Shown: positions 51,303 to 62,970 of the stretch, piece after piece
Layout: each line of letters begins with the position of its first letter
How positions within the stretch are numbered: the stretch's first letter is position 1
NCBI GenBank assembly: GCA_963716255.1
Contig: OY970303.1
Coordinates: 8,000,001-8,064,000 of the forward strand
Direction: 5' to 3'
DNA: 64,000 nt
From: an uncultured Gemmatimonadales bacterium
GTDB lineage: Bacteria; Gemmatimonadota; Gemmatimonadetes; Longimicrobiales; Longimicrobiaceae
The notes under the pieces: generated by a model
Told to the model about the DNA's origin: nothing
Database searches by the model: none
Seen by the model: the letters and a program-made list of their open reading frames with translations, nothing else
Position numbers and translations under genes: made by a program

Positions 51303-53000
51303 ATGCTCCTGCTCCTCGCCGCCTCCGCGGCGGCCCTGGGCTCCCTGTTCGCTCCGTCGCCCTGGAGCGCGGCGCTCGCCGTGGTCACGGGGCTCCTGGC
51401 CGGCGTGTTCGCCGCACCCCTCCTGTCCCGCTCCGCGGCCGCCCGCCCCGCTTCTCCGTCCCCCGCTCCGGAAACCGGCCCTGCGTCCGGGCTGGCCGCC
51501 GCCGAGGGCGACGACCCGGACGTGCTGTCGCGCGAGCTGGAGCTGGTGCGCCTCGCAACCGACGCGCACGAGGCGGCGCTCTGGCGCATGTGGCCGGACG
51601 AGACGCGCGCCACGCTGCTGGGGTGGTCGGCGCTCCCCGGGTACGCGCCGGAGGCGGACGAGATTTCGCTGCTGGGGCACCCCTTCGGGTGGGCGATCAC
51701 GGAGCGGGTGCACGTGCGGCTGGAGCGGGGGCGCAAGCCGCTCCCCACCACCTGGGCCGCGGAGATGCTGCTGGTGCCGGTGGACGCCCCCTCGGGGCTG
51801 CTGGCGCTGGCGTACACCGGCGGCGTCCCCCCGGGCGCGGAGCCGGGCGCGCTGCTGGCGGCCACGCAGCTGGGCGCCATCTCCACGCTGCTGCACCGGC
51901 GCGACGCGGCGGCGCGGACGGAGACCCGCGTGCGCACCCTCTTCGAGGCGGTGCGCAACCTCCCCGGCGAGCTGGACCTGGAGCGCTTCGCGGAGGAGCT
52001 GGGCGAGGCGGTGCGGCGCAGCACCGACGCGGCGGGCGCCGCGGTGGCGACCTGGGACGCGGAGGCGGGACGCGGCGAGATCCTGGGCGTGGTGGGCGAG
52101 GCGCCCGGAAAGGTGGGTCCGGGGCACGCCTTCGCCGACGGCGAGTCGCGGCTGGGGCTGGCGGCGAAGCACGGGGTGGCGCTCTCCTACGGCGACCTGC
52201 GGCGGGAGCGCGACGCCCTGCCGCTGTGCGTCCCCGGCGAGCGCTGGACGGACGTGCCGCGCTCGGCGGCGGTGGTGCCGCTGGCGGCGGACGGGCGGGT
52301 GGTGGGAGTGGTGGCGGCGTGGGACCCGCGCCCGGACCGCATCGGCGAGACCGAGATGGAGTTCCTGCGGCTGCTGGGGGCGCTCGCTCCCCTGCCGCTG
52401 CGGAGCGCGCGGCAGTACGAGGCGCTGGACCGCCGCGCCTCGGAGGACGCGCTCACCGGGCTCCCCAACCGCCGCACCTTCGAGGCGCGCCTGGCGGCGG
52501 CGTCCAGCCACTTCGAGCGCTACCAGCGGCCCTTCTCGCTGCTGATCCTGGACGTGGACCACTTCAAGAAGTTCAACGACACCTGGGGGCACGAGGCGGG
52601 CGACCGGGTGCTGCAGCACGTGGCGGAGCTGGTGCGCGCCTCGGTGCGGGAGGTGGACCTGCCGGCGCGGCTGGGCGGCGAGGAGTTCGTGGTGCTCCTC
52701 CCGGAGACGCCGCTGATGGCGGCGGTGGAAGTGGCGGAGCGGGTGCGCCGGGCGATCGCCGGGAAGCCGGTGGTGTGGCACGGGCGCCCGCTGGAGGTGA
52801 CGGCGTCGCTGGGGGTGGCCACCTGTCCGGAATCGGTGGAATCGCCGGACGAGATGCTCGCCGCCGCGGACGCTGCGCTCTACCGCTCCAAGGGCTCGGG
52901 GCGCAACCGCACCACCGCGGCGCCGCCCGGCGGGGGCTCGGTGGGAACGGGAAAGGGCGGGGACGCCGTCGCGAAAGCCCCCGGCAAGCCGCTCGCATGA
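51303..53000 (+). CDS. Membrane-anchored GAF + GGDEF diguanylate cyclase
   Basis: DALTGLPNRR, DVDHFKKFND, RxxD I-site (REVD), GGEEF. Confidence 0.92.
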   Translation: MLLLLAASAAALGSLFAPSPWSAALAVVTGLLAGVFAAPLLSRSAAARPASPSPAPETGPASGLAAAEGDDPDVLSRELELVRLATDAHEAALWRMWPDETRATLLGWSALPGYAPEADEISLLGHPFGWAITERVHVRLERGRKPLPTTWAAEMLLVPVDAPSGLLALAYTGGVPPGAEPGALLAATQLGAISTLLHRRDAAARTETRVRTLFEAVRNLPGELDLERFAEELGEAVRRSTDAAGAAVATWDAEAGRGEILGVVGEAPGKVGPGHAFADGESRLGLAAKHGVALSYGDLRRERDALPLCVPGERWTDVPRSAAVVPLAADGRVVGVVAAWDPRPDRIGETEMEFLRLLGALAPLPLRSARQYEALDRRASEDALTGLPNRRTFEARLAAASSHFERYQRPFSLLILDVDHFKKFNDTWGHEAGDRVLQHVAELVRASVREVDLPARLGGEEFVVLLPETPLMAAVEVAERVRRAIAGKPVVWHGRPLEVTASLGVATCPESVESPDEMLAAADAALYRSKGSGRNRTTAAPPGGGSVGTGKGGDAVAKAPGKPLA

Positions 53001-53037
53001 CCGCTCGCCGCAACGACTTGGCGGTTCCGGCGAGGGG

Positions 53038-53066
53038 TTGACACGGGACGGCGGGAGGGCTAGATT
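53038..53066 (+). promoter_or_regulatory. Sigma70 promoter of tmRNA
   Basis: TTGACA-17 nt-TAGATT. Confidence 0.75.
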
Positions 53067-53094
53067 GGTCTCGTCGTTTGACAACACGGGTTCT

Positions 53095-53466
53095 GGGGAT
53101 GTCATGGTTTCGACGTGTATGGTGAAGCCATAGCAGCGTGCCGAGGTTCCAGACACCTCGTTAAGCCTCTGGAAAACTAGTAACCGCGAACGACAACTTC
53201 GCTCTGGCTGCGTAAGTAGAATCCCTTCGGGGAATCCTTACCACCCGGTCGTTGATCAGCCCCGCCGGAGGCGGGTCAACGGGCGTCGCTAAAATCGGGC
53301 TGGTCTACCTGAGTGTCGTGGCAGGGTAGACGAGACTTACACGGCTGGTTCGCGATGGGCCTTCCACCGGCCGATGAGCGGGCGAGGAGAAAAGAACGGT
53401 GGAATACGCACGTAGACGCTGTGGGGGATCTGTAGGCGGACAGGGGTTCGACTCCCCTCATCTCCA
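53095..53466 (+). ncRNA. ssrA: tmRNA; tag peptide ANDNFALAA* (53186-53215)
   Basis: 5' GGGGATG pairs with 3' CATCTCC(A) including G3-U; T-arm GGGGTTCGACTCCCC; internal tag ORF; CCA not fully encoded. Confidence 0.96.
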
Positions 53467-53469
53467 CTC

Positions 53470-53516
53470 CACGAAAAGGCCGGCCCGGGCGACATGCCCG
53501 GGCCGGCCTTTTCGTG
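53470..53516 (+). terminator. Terminator after ssrA (likely bidirectional)
   Basis: CACGAAAAGGCCGGCCCGGGC-GACAT-GCCCGGGCCGGCCTTTTCGTG. Confidence 0.88.
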
Positions 53517-53774
53517 TTCCGGACCCTGGCGCCGGCGGCCGGCCGGGAGGAAACCCGTGTGCGTCGGGCACGTCGGTCCCTCATCGGGTGGCCCCGCTGT
53601 ACTCCCGCCGGTCAAAACGGGCCACGGACCGGGCAATGTAACGATGTGGACACCGCCAACGCGCGGAGCGCACTTCTTGCGTCTTTGCTTGCGCCGCCTT
53701 CTCCCGCGCGCACGCATGGGGAAGCCGGCATGCCCCGTGCGCGCGACCTGAACGGGCATTCCCACGCCCTCGCC

Positions 53775-56330
<2,556 letters not shown>

Positions 56331-56495
56331 TCCTCGTCGGATGCGCACGATTCACGCGTTGGCGAAGCGACTGCACGCGCGATTTACCTGCCGGGGTAAA
56401 CCCACGTCCCGCAGGAGGTTGCAGGATCTCCGACCGGGAGTCGGCAGGCGGCGGCCACGGCGACCCGGGTCCCGGCCGAGGTCAGGCATGGAGTC

Positions 56496-56628
56496 GCGTG
56501 AGGGATTCCGGCCCGGAGGGGCGAGACCCGGCGAGGCTGTTTCCGCCGGGGCTCGACTCCGTTACGCACGGTTTTATCGTGCGTTACGGAGCCGAAGCCC
56601 GACCCCGGCGCCAGCCGGGGGCACGCCC
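56496..56628 (-). repeat. ~130-nt structured repeat, copy 6
   Basis: Conserved ends; stem variant ACGCACG/CGTGCGT. Confidence 0.88.
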
Positions 56629-56657
56629 GACCGCGTATTCCCGAGCCGTTCAACCTC

Positions 56658-57209
56658 ATGGTGGAGATGAACACTGGACCCGTTTCCGATCCCCGCGGCC
56701 GCATCGAGGTGGTGCAGGCGGACATCACCACGCTCGAGGTGGACGCCATCGTCAACGCGGCGAACACCTCGCTGCTGGGCGGCGGCGGCGTGGACGGCGC
56801 GATCCACCGGGCTGCGGGGCCCGGGCTGGTGCAGGAGTGCCGGACGCTGGGCGGCTGCCGGGCGGGCGAGGCGAAGCTCACATTGGGACACCGACTCCCA
56901 GCCCGTCATGTAATCCATACCGTGGGGCCCGTGTGGCAGGGCGGCGGGGCGGGGGAAGACGAGCTGCTGCAAAGCTGCTACCGCAATTCGTTGCAGCTCG
57001 CGGCGGATCACGGACTTCGCTCGGTCGCCTTCCCGGCGGTCAGCACCGGCGTCTACGGGTTCCCGGCGCAGCGCGCGGCGGGGATCGCCGTCCGCGAAGT
57101 GATGAGCTTTCTTGGGGATAACCCTTTCCCCGAGCGCGTGGTGCTGGTGGCTTTCGGAGGCGACGCCCTTCGAGCGTACTTGACGGCGCTCTCCGGAAAC
57201 ATTATATGA
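56658..57209 (+). CDS. Macro domain O-acetyl-ADP-ribose deacetylase (YmdB-like)
   Basis: [39 protein letters not shown]. Confidence 0.92.
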   Translation: MVEMNTGPVSDPRGRIEVVQADITTLEVDAIVNAANTSLLGGGGVDGAIHRAAGPGLVQECRTLGGCRAGEAKLTLGHRLPARHVIHTVGPVWQGGGAGEDELLQSCYRNSLQLAADHGLRSVAFPAVSTGVYGFPAQRAAGIAVREVMSFLGDNPFPERVVLVAFGGDALRAYLTALSGNII

Positions 57210-57314
57210 ACCGCTACACACATTACCGTGGTAGGCGTGTCCACCCCGATCCGGCGGGCTCCGCACGGGTGCATCTCCAGGCTGCACGCGGCGAGGGCAA
57301 GCGAGGAGTGCGCA

Positions 57315-57830
57315 ATGAGCGACATTTCGGAGGCGAAGGTGCTGCTCGACGAGATCAACACGGCGATCTCGAGCTACGACCCGGTCCTGAAGGAAAAGGC
57401 CCGAGACATCCTGCTGGAGCGCGCCTTCGGCTCGTCGGAGGCGGCGCCGTCCGCCGGCTCGTCGGCGCCGCGCACGCGCGGCCGCCCCCGCGCCGACGCT
57501 TCCTCCGGCGGCCGGGAAGATGCAGGCGACCTGGCCTCGCTCCTCACCCGCTGGTCGCCCACCACCATGTCCGACAAGGCGCTCCTGGGGGCGTACTACC
57601 TGACCCGCGCGCGCGGCGAGGATACGGTGACCAGCCAGGCGATCAACACCGAGCTGAAGCGCAACGGGCTGGCCATCAGCAACATCACCCGCGCGATCGA
57701 GGCGAACATGCGCCCCGACCGTCCGCTGATGGTGCAGGAAAAGAAGATGGGGAGCACCAAGCAGGCGCGGAAGCAGTACCGGATCACGCCGGCAGGCGTG
57801 GAAACGGTGGAGCGCAAGCTGCAGGGCTGA
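57315..57830 (+). CDS. Hypothetical protein with possible C-terminal winged-helix domain
   Basis: GAGGAG RBS; TSQAINTELK..ISNIT..KQYRITPAG. Confidence 0.65.
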   Translation: MSDISEAKVLLDEINTAISSYDPVLKEKARDILLERAFGSSEAAPSAGSSAPRTRGRPRADASSGGREDAGDLASLLTRWSPTTMSDKALLGAYYLTRARGEDTVTSQAINTELKRNGLAISNITRAIEANMRPDRPLMVQEKKMGSTKQARKQYRITPAGVETVERKLQG

Positions 57831-57852
57831 CCCCCGGCGGAAGCGGGCGGTC

Positions 57853-57893
57853 GCGGGCCGATGGGAGCTTTCCCGCCGGCCCGCTCTTTTTTT
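57853..57893 (+). terminator. Intrinsic terminator
   Basis: GCGGGCCG..CGGCCCGC followed by T7. Confidence 0.75.
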
Positions 57894-57981
57894 GCCAGGA
57901 ACGTTCCTGACGGGGAGCGTCGGCGTGTCCCCAAGGAACCCGCTCTTTGCCCCACGCGGCGCGCACCCCTACATTTTCGCG

Positions 57982-59262
57982 ATGCCGATCCCCACCGAAC
58001 GTGCCCGGGAGATCGCGGAGCGCCTCAGCCGCGGCGCCGCGCCCGAAGCACTCCAGGGACGCCTCGCGTCCACCCCTTCGTCCGAAAGGGCGGTCCCCGC
58101 CGGCCTCCCCCACCCGTTCTCGTGGACGGCGGAGGCGCGGGAGGCCCGCATCGCCTTCCTGGAGGCGCGCGGCATCTCCGTCCCCGTCCTCGCGGGGCGC
58201 GAGCCGTCGGCGGAGCCGGAGGCGCTGCAGGGGTGCATCGAGTCGTACGTGGGGATGACGCAGGTTCCCACCGGCGTGGTGGGGCCGCTGCGCGTCAACG
58301 GGCTCCACGCGCACGGCGACTTCTACGTCCCGCTCGCCACCTCGGAGGGGGCGCTGGTGGCGAGCTACGGCCGCGGGGCGCGGCTGATCACCCTGTCCGG
58401 CGGGGCGGCGGCGATGGTGACCACCGAGCAGGTGCAGCGCGCGCCCGTGTTCGTGTTCGAGACCATCTCCGAGGCGATCCTCTTCGCGGCGTGGGCGGTG
58501 GACCAGGTGGAGCACTTCCGCGAGGTGGCGGAGTCGCGCACGCGCCACGGCCGGCTGCTGGACGTGATGACGCACGTGGAGGCCAACCACGTGTACCTGA
58601 TCTGCGCCTTCCACACCGGCGACGCGGCGGGGCAGAACATGGTGACCTTCTGCACGGCGGCGGTGTGCGAGGCCATCCTGGAGGGGACGCCGGTGCAGCC
58701 GCGCTCGTGGTACCTAGAGTCCAACATGTCGGGCGACAAGAAGGCAAACGCCCTCAGCTTCCTGCAGACGCGCGGCCGCAACACCATGGCCGAGGTGGTG
58801 CTCCCCCGGGCGCTGGTGGAGCGGGGGCTGCGCACCACCCCCGAGCGCATGGCCGAGTACTGGCGACTGTCCTTCGTGGGCGGGGTGCAGACGGGCTCCA
58901 TCGGCGTCAGCGGGCACGTCGCCAACGGCATCGCGGCGCTCTTCCTGGCGTGCGGGCAGGACGTGGCGTGCGTCAGCGAGGCGAGCGTGGGCGTCACCCG
59001 CATGGAGCTCACCGACGCGGGCGGCCTGTACTGCGCCGTCACCCTCCCCAACCTGATCGTGGGCACGGTGGGCGGCGGGACCCGGCTCCCCACCGCGCAG
59101 GAGTGCCTGCGGATGATGGACTGCCTGGGCGACGGGCGCGCCTCCAAGTTCGCGGAGATCTGCGCGGCCACGGTGCTCGGCGGGGAGATCTCCATCGTGG
59201 GGGCGCTGTGCGCGGGCGACTTCGCCTCGGCGCACGAGCGCCTGGGGCGGATGAAGGGGTAG
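57982..59262 (+). CDS. HMG-CoA reductase-like protein (class I-like motifs)
   Basis: PLATSEGALVAS, TGDAAGQNM, SGDKK, GTVGGGT, C-terminal His (AHERLGR). Confidence 0.88.
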   Translation: MPIPTERAREIAERLSRGAAPEALQGRLASTPSSERAVPAGLPHPFSWTAEAREARIAFLEARGISVPVLAGREPSAEPEALQGCIESYVGMTQVPTGVVGPLRVNGLHAHGDFYVPLATSEGALVASYGRGARLITLSGGAAAMVTTEQVQRAPVFVFETISEAILFAAWAVDQVEHFREVAESRTRHGRLLDVMTHVEANHVYLICAFHTGDAAGQNMVTFCTAAVCEAILEGTPVQPRSWYLESNMSGDKKANALSFLQTRGRNTMAEVVLPRALVERGLRTTPERMAEYWRLSFVGGVQTGSIGVSGHVANGIAALFLACGQDVACVSEASVGVTRMELTDAGGLYCAVTLPNLIVGTVGGGTRLPTAQECLRMMDCLGDGRASKFAEICAATVLGGEISIVGALCAGDFASAHERLGRMKG

Positions 59263-59264
59263 GG

Positions 59265-60254
59265 GTGGACGCCGCCGGGGCTCCGCCCGCCGCGGGGAAG
59301 GCGCCGCACTCGAAAGGCGGCGCGTCGCTCCCGCGCCGCATGGCCGCCTACCAGGCCGAGCGCTTCCCGCTGGCGGCGTACGTCCCGCTGATCGCGGTCT
59401 TCACCTTTTCGGCCGCGGCGTACTCGCGGCTGGCGCGCGGCGCGCCGGGGTTCGTCCCGGCGGGCCGCTTCCTGGTGGGCGCGTTCACCGCGCTGGTGTT
59501 CTTCTTCATGCTCCGCGTGCTGGACGAGCACAAGGACGCGGAGGTGGACCGCCGCTTCCGCCCGGAGCTCCCGGTCCCCCGCGGGCTGGTGTCGCTGGCC
59601 GAGCTGCGCGCCGTGGGCGGCGGGGCGCTGGCGCTGGCCGTGCTGCTGAACGCGCTCGCCGCGCCCGTCCTGCTGTGGGCGATCCTCGCGGTCGCGGCGT
59701 GGGCGGCGCTGATGACCCGGGAGTTCTTCGTCCCGCGCTGGCTGCGCGCCCACATGGCGGCGTACCTGGTCACCCACATGGCGATCATGCCCATGATCGA
59801 CGGGTACACCACGGGGCTGGACTGGCTGGCGGAGGGCGCGGACGCCCCCGCCGGCCTGGGCCTGTTCCTGCTGGTCACCTTCCTCAACGGCATCGTCATC
59901 GAGATCGGCCGGAAGATCCGCGCGCCCGGCGGCGAGCGCGAGGGCGTGGACACCTACACCTCCGCCTGGGGGACGCGCCGCGCGCCGCTGGCGTGGCTGG
60001 CGACGCTCGCCGCGACGGCGGCGACCGCCTGGCTCGCCGCGCGCCACGTGGGGATCGGCGGGATCGCGGCGGCGCTCCTCGCGGTGGCGGCGCTGGCGGC
60101 TGCGGCGCCCGCGCTGCGCTTCCTGCGCGCCCCCGATGCCCGCTCGGCGCGGGGGATCGAGACGGCCGCCGGGGCATGGACCATCGCCATGTACCTGCTG
60201 CTGGGCGCGGGGCCGTTCGTGGCGCGCTGGCTGGGAGGGCGGCTTGGCGGCTGA
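59265..60254 (+). CDS. UbiA-superfamily-like integral membrane protein
   Basis: Multiple TM helices; RVLDEHKDAEVDRRFRPELPVPRG Asp-rich motif; start GTG 59265 or ATG 59340. Confidence 0.75.
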   Translation: MDAAGAPPAAGKAPHSKGGASLPRRMAAYQAERFPLAAYVPLIAVFTFSAAAYSRLARGAPGFVPAGRFLVGAFTALVFFFMLRVLDEHKDAEVDRRFRPELPVPRGLVSLAELRAVGGGALALAVLLNALAAPVLLWAILAVAAWAALMTREFFVPRWLRAHMAAYLVTHMAIMPMIDGYTTGLDWLAEGADAPAGLGLFLLVTFLNGIVIEIGRKIRAPGGEREGVDTYTSAWGTRRAPLAWLATLAATAATAWLAARHVGIGGIAAALLAVAALAAAAPALRFLRAPDARSARGIETAAGAWTIAMYLLLGAGPFVARWLGGRLGG

Positions 60255-62970
60255 CGCCGTGGCTGGCCGCCTCGTGCTGTCCGCCGCGGAGGCGGAGGCC
60301 GCCGGCCCGGCGGTGGTGGGCGGCAAGGCGTACAACCTGGCCCGGCTGGCCGCGACGGGCGTGCGCGTCCCCGGCTGGGTGGTGGTCGCCGCGGACGCGT
60401 TCGATTCCATCGCGCTCGCCGGCCGCGACGTCCCGGCGACGCCGGGCGAGGCGGACGCCGTCCGCGCCATCGTCGCCACCCGAGCGCTCCCCGCGGACTT
60501 CGTGGGCGAGGTGGCCCGCGCGCTCGGCGCCGCCGGGCTCGCCGGTGCCCGCCTGGCGGTGCGCTCCTCCGCAACCTCGGAGGACGGCGCGGCGGCCTCC
60601 TTCGCCGGCCAGTTCGACACCGTGCTCGGCGTCCCGTCGGACGACGCGGGCGCGCTCGCCGACGCGCTCCGCGCGGTGTGGGCGTCCGCCTTCAGCGCGC
60701 ACGCGCTCGCGTACGGCGCGGCCGGCGTGCGCATGGCCGTGGTCCTGCAGGCGCTGGTGGAGCCGGAGGTGTCGGGCGTGGGCTTCTCGGCGGACCCCGT
60801 CACCGGGCGGCGCGAGGTCGTGGTGGTGAGCGCCGTCTACGGGCTGGGCGAGGGGCTGGTGAGCGGCGAGCTGGACGCGGACACCTTCCACTGCGCCGCG
60901 GTGGAGGGTGGGGAGGACGAGGTGCGGGCGACGCTCGCGCACAAGGACCGCGCCGTGCGCCCCGCCGCCGCCGGGACGGCAACGGTCCCCGTCGACGAGG
61001 CGCTGCGCGACGCGCCGTCGCTGGCGGACGGCGAGGTGCGCGCCGTCGCGGCGGCGCTGCGCGGGCTGGAGCGGGCGCTGGGCGCGCCGCAGGACGTGGA
61101 GTGGGCGCTCGCCCCGGCGGACGGGAGCCCGCGCGCGCTGTTCATCCTCCAGGCGCGGCCCATCACCACGCTCGGCCCGCCGCCTCCGGACGCGCGGGCC
61201 GCCCCGCCCGCGGCGCCGCGGACGGGGGAGCGGCGCATCTGGGACAACAGCAACATCGTGGAAAGCTACGCGGGCGTCACCACGCCGCTGACCTTCAGCT
61301 TCGCGCGCAGCGTCTACGAGGACGTGTACCGCCAGTTCTGCGGCATGGTGGGGGTGGAGGACGCGCTGGTGGAGCGGAACCGGCACGTCTTCGCCAACAT
61401 GCTGGGGCTGGTGCGCGGGCGCGTCTACTACAACCTGCTCAACTGGTACCGCACGCTGGCGCTGCTCCCCGGCTTCGCCCTGAACCGCGCCTTCATGGAG
61501 CGGATGATGGGGGTGCGCGAGAAGCTGGACGACCCGCCGGAGGCGCCCCGCGCGGCCTCGCCCGCGCGGGACGCGCTGCGCGTCGCGCGGATGCTGCGCA
61601 AGCTCGCGTCGGCGAACGGCGGCCTGGCGCGCGAGGTGCCCGCCTTTCACGCGCGGGTGGACGCCGCGCTGGCGCCGCTCCTGCGCGAGGACTTCGCCGC
61701 CTGGGACGCGGACGCGCTGCTGGCGCTGTACCGGCGGCTGGAGGAGGAGCTGTTGCGCCACTGGCAGACGCCGCTGGTCAACGACTTCTTCGCCATGATC
61801 TGGTTCGGCGTGCTGGGCCGCCTGACCGAGAAGTGGCTCCCCGACTCGCCGCCCACGCTGGTGAACGACCTGCTGGCCGGCGAGGGCGGGATCGTTTCCA
61901 CGGAGCCGGCCCGGCGCGTCATGGCGCTGGCCCGCGACGTGGCGGCGGACCCGGCGCTCCGCGCCGCCTTCGACCGCGTGGCCGACGACCGGGCGCTGTG
62001 GCGCGAGATCGACTCCGCGGACGAGCTGCGCCCGCTGCGGGAGGCGATGCGCGCGTACCTGGAAAAGTTCGGCGACCGCTGCACCAACGAGCTGAAGCTG
62101 GAAACGGTGACGCTGGGCGAGAGCCCGGACTTCCTGGTGCAGATGGTTCGCAGCTACCTGCGCTCGGGGACGACCGACCCGGACGCCGGCCGCGAGCGCG
62201 AGCGGGAGATCCGCCGCGCGGCGGAAGCCCGCGTGCGCGCGTCGCTGCGCGGCCCGCGCCATGGCGTGTTCATGGGCGTGCTGCGGCGCACGCGCGAGCG
62301 GGTGCGCGACCGCGAGAACCTGCGCTTCGAGCGCACGCGCGTCTTCGGGGTGGTGCGGCGCATCTTCGTGGGGATCGGCGCGCGCCTGGCCGGGGCGGGG
62401 CTGCTGCGCGAGCCGCGCGACGTGTTCTGGCTGCGGGTGGAGGAGGTGTTCGGCACGCTGGACGGCACCTCGACGGCGGGCGACCTGCGCGCGCTTGTGG
62501 AGCAGAGGAAGGCGGAGTTCGCGGCCTACGAGCGGGGGCCCGCGCCCCCGGAGCGCTTCGAGACGTACGGCCCGCCCTCGCTCGCCTGGTCCGCGCTCGG
62601 CGCCGCGGGGCCGGCGGTGGACGCCGACGCGGCGATGCTCGCGGGCACCGGCTGCTGCCCCGGCGTGGTGCGCGCCCGGGTGCGCCTGGTCACGGACCCG
62701 CGCGAGGCGGGCGAGCTGGACGGGCGCATCCTGGTGGCGGAGCGCACCGACCCGGGGTGGACGCTGCTCTTCCCCCCGGCGTCGGGGCTGCTGGTGCAGC
62801 GCGGCAGCCTGCTCAGCCACTCGGCGATCGTCGCGCGGGAGATGGGGCTCCCCTGCATCGTCGGCATCCCCGGGCTGATGGCGACGCTGGCGGACGGCGA
62901 GATGGTGGAGATGGACGGCGCCACCGGCGTGGTGAGGCGCCTGGAGCGCGCGGACGCCCATGGCGGCTGA
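60244..62970 (+). CDS. PEP-synthase / rifampin-phosphotransferase-like enzyme (ATP-grasp, central domain, swivel phospho-His)
   Basis: GGKA, AVRSSA..ED..SFAGQF, GLGEGLVSG, QDVEW, LQARPITT, SHSAIVAREMG; start uncertain. Confidence 0.88.
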   Translation: MAADAVAGRLVLSAAEAEAAGPAVVGGKAYNLARLAATGVRVPGWVVVAADAFDSIALAGRDVPATPGEADAVRAIVATRALPADFVGEVARALGAAGLAGARLAVRSSATSEDGAAASFAGQFDTVLGVPSDDAGALADALRAVWASAFSAHALAYGAAGVRMAVVLQALVEPEVSGVGFSADPVTGRREVVVVSAVYGLGEGLVSGELDADTFHCAAVEGGEDEVRATLAHKDRAVRPAAAGTATVPVDEALRDAPSLADGEVRAVAAALRGLERALGAPQDVEWALAPADGSPRALFILQARPITTLGPPPPDARAAPPAAPRTGERRIWDNSNIVESYAGVTTPLTFSFARSVYEDVYRQFCGMVGVEDALVERNRHVFANMLGLVRGRVYYNLLNWYRTLALLPGFALNRAFMERMMGVREKLDDPPEAPRAASPARDALRVARMLRKLASANGGLAREVPAFHARVDAALAPLLREDFAAWDADALLALYRRLEEELLRHWQTPLVNDFFAMIWFGVLGRLTEKWLPDSPPTLVNDLLAGEGGIVSTEPARRVMALARDVAADPALRAAFDRVADDRALWREIDSADELRPLREAMRAYLEKFGDRCTNELKLETVTLGESPDFLVQMVRSYLRSGTTDPDAGREREREIRRAAEARVRASLRGPRHGVFMGVLRRTRERVRDRENLRFERTRVFGVVRRIFVGIGARLAGAGLLREPRDVFWLRVEEVFGTLDGTSTAGDLRALVEQRKAEFAAYERGPAPPERFETYGPPSLAWSALGAAGPAVDADAAMLAGTGCCPGVVRARVRLVTDPREAGELDGRILVAERTDPGWTLLFPPASGLLVQRGSLLSHSAIVAREMGLPCIVGIPGLMATLADGEMVEMDGATGVVRRLERADAHGG

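Noticed and set aside
60244..62970. Bona fide rifampin resistance gene (rph) or gluconeogenic ppsA
   Set aside because: Lacks the C-terminal PEP-binding barrel of PpsA; operon context suggests biosynthesis; rifamycin specificity cannot be shown from motifs
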